From: Bdellovibrionales bacterium
GTDB lineage: Bacteria > Bdellovibrionota > Bdellovibrionia > Bdellovibrionales > JAGQZY01
Direction: 5' to 3'
Length of the DNA stretch: 64,000 nucleotides
Assembly (NCBI GenBank): GCA_964230645.1
Contig: CAXRHT010000002.1
Location: 1,088,001-1,152,000 of the forward strand
The position numbers and the translations under genes were made by a program. Below, in pieces: positions 59,381 to 64,000 of the stretch (its first letter is position 1; every line of letters begins with the position of its first letter). Below the pieces are notes generated by a model that worked only from the letters and a program-made list of their open reading frames with translations, was not told where the DNA came from and ran no database searches.

Positions 59381-61219
59381 TCACCCCCTCCTCTCAAGAC
59401 AACTTTTATGTGCTATTTCTTCACTCCGCGTAGGTTTCAACAATACCTGCTCACACCCGTCCGCGCACCACCCACCGGAACGAGGTCGGCGGATTCTACC
59501 AACCTCGGCATAGTCTTTGTCGAAATTTGCTCCAAAAGCTGTAAGTACAGCTCTCGAAATTTTCCGAGGACCTTTTGGCTCGTAAAGCAACCAAGCATTT
59601 TTCAGAAGATTACAATTGGTAAGCGCAATCGATTTAGCAGCAATGATATTGCTGCCCTTGTACCCTCCAATCATCCATGCTTGGCCTAGGCTTTTCGCGC
59701 TTGTTGCGAAAATAAGTCCAGGGCTATGACCTGTTAAATCTATTATTCCCAAACCAGCTTCAAAACCATTCTCGTACAATGTTTTTTGTGCGCTATAGTA
59801 ATAATTATAGAACTCGCTAGAGAGAAATAATTTTGACCCATTAATAATAATTTCACTTTTTGAACCGTGAATCGACGGTTGCCTGTAGGGGGAGGAAAAT
59901 CCACTGTTTAAAGTAGAAATGGTAAAACAAATTGATAAACCTGTGATTATAAAAATGACTGGCCCCCTCATTAATTGAGGAAGGTGAATTGCTAAAGCAC
60001 ATGATGATGCGCTCCAGAAAATAGCAGCTGGTCCGGCTGCCATCCAATAGTTGGAACCAGTACCGTACACGTATACAGCTGGTAAGCCGAATAGGAATAG
60101 AAATTTGGCAAAATAAATACGCTCGAATAATTTTGACCCACGGAGCAAAACTTGTATAAGGTAGGAACTCGCTGCAAAAAGTGGGAGCAAGATGAAAACT
60201 AATCCTGTGAATTTACTTTTGTCAAATCGAATCCAGTAAAAATCAAATGACAATGCCATAATGGTTAAAGTACCTATTAGTAGTACGAAAACATTAAATC
60301 TAGAGAATAAAGTTCTCAATCTAAGACAACAAAATGAGACGACAAAACCGGCTATGGCAGCGCAACTTAGGTAAAAGATAACTGAAAATCTAAAGTTTGG
60401 AAATTTATCAATTCTGCTAGCCATTGATAAATTATAACCAATGGATTCTTCAACAAATGTCAATCCTCTGGATACTCTCAAAATAAAACTTTGCACAGAA
60501 CCGTCAATAATAATTCCAGACAGCAAAAGGAGACTCGCGCTAACAGCAATAGCAATTATAACATTGAGATATCGTACTTTCTTAAAAAAACAAAGATAGA
60601 CCAAAAACCATAATGCTAATGCTAGAGCACTCGATGGTTTCGCTAAAAAAACAACCGCAGCTCCTAAACCCACTAAAATCCAAGAATATATATTCACGTA
60701 ACTGGACTCGTAAATAGATAGAGCGCCAATAGATACGATTAGAAGGCCCTGGAGACACAGAGTGTTATAACTGGGCGTGGGGAGCCAACCTCCAAAAAGA
60801 AGACTTGCAAGTAAGGATACACATGCTCCACTAAAGGCTAAATTCAATTTAACAAACGTTGATTCCCAAGCAGGAAAAAAACTCGAAAGGCTGAGGACTC
60901 TCCACATCAATAAAGCAGATAAAGCAAAGGTTAACAAAAGAGTACTAACCCTAAGCGCAAAGACGTTGGAACCAACCAATTCAAATAACAACCCATAGAT
61001 AAAAGCAAATTGGGTGACCGACCAACTATACAGCTCAGGATGCGCAATGAAGTTTAGATAAAATCCTTCGTCGGAAATCTCCAAACCAAACTGGCAAAAG
61101 TAGATCGACCTCAAAGTTAGGCAGATGACTGAAACAACGAAGAAACAGGAAAGATAAACCTGCCAATTCTTGGATCGTACAAACTTAAAATAATTTACTT
61201 TTCGCTCGAAAAGGTTCAA
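59381..61219 (-). CDS. Polytopic membrane protein, GT-C-like
   Basis: Early DE motif (ISDEGFYL), many TM segments, AKP motif and soluble C-terminal domain. Confidence 0.55.
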   Translation of the reverse strand: MNLFERKVNYFKFVRSKNWQVYLSCFFVVSVICLTLRSIYFCQFGLEISDEGFYLNFIAHPELYSWSVTQFAFIYGLLFELVGSNVFALRVSTLLLTFALSALLMWRVLSLSSFFPAWESTFVKLNLAFSGACVSLLASLLFGGWLPTPSYNTLCLQGLLIVSIGALSIYESSYVNIYSWILVGLGAAVVFLAKPSSALALALWFLVYLCFFKKVRYLNVIIAIAVSASLLLLSGIIIDGSVQSFILRVSRGLTFVEESIGYNLSMASRIDKFPNFRFSVIFYLSCAAIAGFVVSFCCLRLRTLFSRFNVFVLLIGTLTIMALSFDFYWIRFDKSKFTGLVFILLPLFAASSYLIQVLLRGSKLFERIYFAKFLFLFGLPAVYVYGTGSNYWMAAGPAAIFWSASSCALAIHLPQLMRGPVIFIITGLSICFTISTLNSGFSSPYRQPSIHGSKSEIIINGSKLFLSSEFYNYYYSAQKTLYENGFEAGLGIIDLTGHSPGLIFATSAKSLGQAWMIGGYKGSNIIAAKSIALTNCNLLKNAWLLYEPKGPRKISRAVLTAFGANFDKDYAEVGRIRRPRSGGWCADGCEQVLLKPTRSEEIAHKSCLERRG

Positions 61220-61404
61220 TTTTTACCTTCCAGCTGAGAATGGCTGAAGATTCTTATACCCGTATACTTTTTCAACTTATCCGAAGGTCGAAAAAAATTT
61301 TACCAAAAAAGTTAAAAATCCCGTATAAAAAACATGAAATAGAACAGAACGTGGACTAAAATAGGGTTCATTCATGTTGTTGCAATGCCGACGATCACGT
61401 AAAT

Positions 61405-62871
61405 TTATTTTAGTAATGGAATTTCCCAGTACCTTCTTTTCTTCTCACGCTCCGTATTATAATACAAGATGTAGTAGTCATTTTTAAAAATTTTCCTGTA
61501 TTTCTCCATTTTATCTAGATGCTCGCGAACTCTTCCGAAGTCATTTTCGACAAAAAAATGGGCTCTACTGTGCAAAAGCTTCAGCCTCAATTGGTTTTCT
61601 GTTTTGATGTTTAAATAATCTCTTCCGGATTTTTTATTCAGTTTAGGGAATAATAGCAACCCTCTATCATAGGCACCTACATTATAGGAGATATCACGGG
61701 TCAAGACTATCACAGAATCCATGCCAAAAGATTCAAGATAATCAATCTGGGCAGTCTTAACCAAATATCGTTTTGATACCGCTTCCCTGTAGCTCTTGAT
61801 CTGATGTATTGAATTTTTGAAAGTGATTAGAACGCCGAAACTGCAAAGGCCTACTGCTAAGAAGTATCTACTCCTTTTTGACTTAACGACGCATTTGATT
61901 TGTTCACTTATTAGAATGTGTAGAAATAGTATTATCAAACCATAAAACTGGTACAAAACTCGCAGAAACTTCCAGCCAGCAAAGCTAGCTATGAATACTG
62001 CACCTACAGTAGCTAATAGAACAACCTTTTTCTCCTTTTCAATAGCGGCAAAAATACATTTAAGATTTGAAAATGGAATTAGAAGCCCCATTCCTAAAAA
62101 CACATATTTAAATTCTTTTAAAAGGTGCTCGAAATAGTAAAAATACCCAGGGTTGTACTTATGCTCGAGACTTTCAATTTTAGCTGGTACGTCTAAAAGA
62201 AATGAAACATAGGTTCGCTCAGAAGCGAGAAAGTATAGCAGGTTTACAAAAATAAAATAAGAGAAAAGAAGAAATACTTCAAAGTACAAAGAATTATTAT
62301 TGTAATTTGATAAAAACCTCAAACCGTAGAAGGGGATAAGAAAAAACAGGGACGAAGGGTGAGAAAGTAGACAAATGATCGTTAGTAAACTTAATACCAC
62401 GCCCTTGAAAAGGCTACTGTTAAGCTTTAGGTAAAAGGAAACGACTAAAATGGAGAGCAGAAACACGGTAGAGTGCACCATCCCAGCTGTTCCAAGCTGA
62501 AAGACGGTAACAGACGTGACCGTCAAAAAAGTTAAAAGCAAAAAGCCTAAGAAGTGGTCAGCGCTAACAACTTTAAACAATTGCAATAAACCTACAATTA
62601 ATATCAAAGACGATAATAGCGATAATATTAAAGGGTCTGGGGTAGTGATAGAAATAAATATATAGTTTATTAAAAATGAAAATGGCCTCAACGAATAGTC
62701 GAAAATCAATCCATTGTCCGCTTTCCAGACATTATTAAACTCATCATTGAACCTGTGAAACTGCTGAGGAAATTTGAAGAAAACAAAAAAAGTGACAGTC
62801 AAACTATAAGCTAAAAAAAATAACTTTTTTTTCTCTCGGAAAAAAAAGTTTGTCACATCTCTAACTATCAT
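61405..62871 (-). CDS. Polytopic membrane protein, GT-C/polymerase-like
   Basis: Early NDE, RP motif and many hydrophobic segments; polysaccharide-locus context. Confidence 0.45.
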   Translation of the reverse strand: MIVRDVTNFFFREKKKLFFLAYSLTVTFFVFFKFPQQFHRFNDEFNNVWKADNGLIFDYSLRPFSFLINYIFISITTPDPLILSLLSSLILIVGLLQLFKVVSADHFLGFLLLTFLTVTSVTVFQLGTAGMVHSTVFLLSILVVSFYLKLNSSLFKGVVLSLLTIICLLSHPSSLFFLIPFYGLRFLSNYNNNSLYFEVFLLFSYFIFVNLLYFLASERTYVSFLLDVPAKIESLEHKYNPGYFYYFEHLLKEFKYVFLGMGLLIPFSNLKCIFAAIEKEKKVVLLATVGAVFIASFAGWKFLRVLYQFYGLIILFLHILISEQIKCVVKSKRSRYFLAVGLCSFGVLITFKNSIHQIKSYREAVSKRYLVKTAQIDYLESFGMDSVIVLTRDISYNVGAYDRGLLLFPKLNKKSGRDYLNIKTENQLRLKLLHSRAHFFVENDFGRVREHLDKMEKYRKIFKNDYYILYYNTEREKKRRYWEIPLLK

Positions 62872-63026
62872 TCGATTTCATGGCGCTGATAGCCTTTTCA
62901 CTTGAAAACCTATTTTTTTTCTTAACATATCTACACCATGCCCCCTTCTTCTTCACAGTACGTTTATTGTATCAGTAGAGATATCAAAGAATTTCCGATG
63001 ACTTTGATAAAAAGCTTCAAACCTCA

Positions 63027-63890
63027 TTACTCACTAGAGATATCATTCAAATACTTACCGTATTGGTTTGGATACTTTGCAGCTATTAATCTCAAGTCTG
63101 AATTAGAAATCCAACCATTTCGATACGCAATCTCTTCAATACATGCTATTTTGAAGCCTTGCCTATGTTCGATTGTCTTAACAAATTGGCTAGACTCCAA
63201 AAGATTTTCGTGGCTGCCAGTATCTAGCCAAGCAAATCCACGCTGCAGCAATTGAACTTCCAATTTTTTCCTTTTTAGGTATTCTTTATTCAGATCAGTA
63301 ATTTCCAATTCGCCACGAGCAGAAGGGCACAATAATTTAGCATATTCAATCACGTGATTATCATAGAAGTAGAGTCCCGTCGCTGCAAATTTTGATTTTG
63401 GTTTTTGAGGCTTTTCCTCTAATGATACAACTTGTAGGGAAGAGTCAAATTCAACGACCCCATAGTTCTGGGGATCGTTTACCTGGTATGCGAAAATAAT
63501 AGCCCCGGAGTCGATGTTACTTGCTCTTCTTAGTTTGGGCGTAAATTGAGAGCCGTAAAATAAGTTGTCACCTAGTATAAGACATACAGGGGAGTCTCCT
63601 ATAAAAGGTTCACCCAGCAAAAAAGCATCTGCTATTCCTTTCGGCTCTTCCTGAGCAACATACTTTAAACTCAAGCCAAGCTGCTCACCTGAACCAAATA
63701 GTTTTTTATAGAAAGGTAAAAATTCAGGGTTGGAAATGATTAAAATTTCGCTGATTCCCGCAAGCATAAGCGTCGAAAGAGGATAATAAATCATAGGTTT
63801 ATCGTAAATCGGCAACAATTGTTTCGAAACCGAATAGGTTGCTGGGTATAGTCTGGTTCCACTGCCTCCAGCTAAAATTATTCCCTTCAT
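63027..63890 (-). CDS. rfbA: Glucose-1-phosphate thymidylyltransferase
   Basis: [43 protein letters not shown] and WLDTG motifs. Confidence 0.96.
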   Translation of the reverse strand: MKGIILAGGSGTRLYPATYSVSKQLLPIYDKPMIYYPLSTLMLAGISEILIISNPEFLPFYKKLFGSGEQLGLSLKYVAQEEPKGIADAFLLGEPFIGDSPVCLILGDNLFYGSQFTPKLRRASNIDSGAIIFAYQVNDPQNYGVVEFDSSLQVVSLEEKPQKPKSKFAATGLYFYDNHVIEYAKLLCPSARGELEITDLNKEYLKRKKLEVQLLQRGFAWLDTGSHENLLESSQFVKTIEHRQGFKIACIEEIAYRNGWISNSDLRLIAAKYPNQYGKYLNDISSE

Positions 63891-64000
63891 GTACTTCTCC
63901 CATATACTAGCTGAAATCCATTTTAATCAAGAATCCAAGATAGGTCTTGAGCACTTCTATAATAGCTCCACCGAATCGGCGAATCATATTTAATCTGATT

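Overview
Gene-dense, mostly core bacterial chromosomal segment. The gene style suggests a Bdellovibrionota member: several divergent type IV pilin-like genes, topoisomerase VI, a mitochondrial-type aconitase, a trypsin-like lipoprotein and many orphan secreted proteins (inference; no rRNA marker is present). Contents in order: pilin-like cluster; aconitase; top6B/top6A; HNH; bolA-grx-DUF2892; a four-gene phosphorelay; ceramidase-like, GbsR-type regulator, GNAT, photolyase and TIGR01777 cluster; protease; REP-like repeat; DUF885; tRNA-Arg(UCU); 2-oxoacid:ferredoxin oxidoreductase; plsC/cdsA-like genes; sigma54 activator; serA; two desaturases; HEPN-MNT pair; SxtJ/K/I-like module; SET protein; and a surface-polysaccharide region from about 45.6 kb to the end. 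No CRISPR array, integrase or transposase was seen. Best leads: (1) a sigma28-type promoter driving a split phosphorelay in which three genes end in an identical 13-mer that encodes a KAA C-terminus; (2) a shared GTTCA-N8-TGA(A/T)C operator linking the GbsR-type regulator to the photolyase/TIGR01777 promoter; (3) a Topo VIB with a histone-H1-like tail; (4) a duplicated tRNA 3' end with a hairpin insert and an 8-bp palindrome array. All family calls come from motif recognition by eye, not from database searches.
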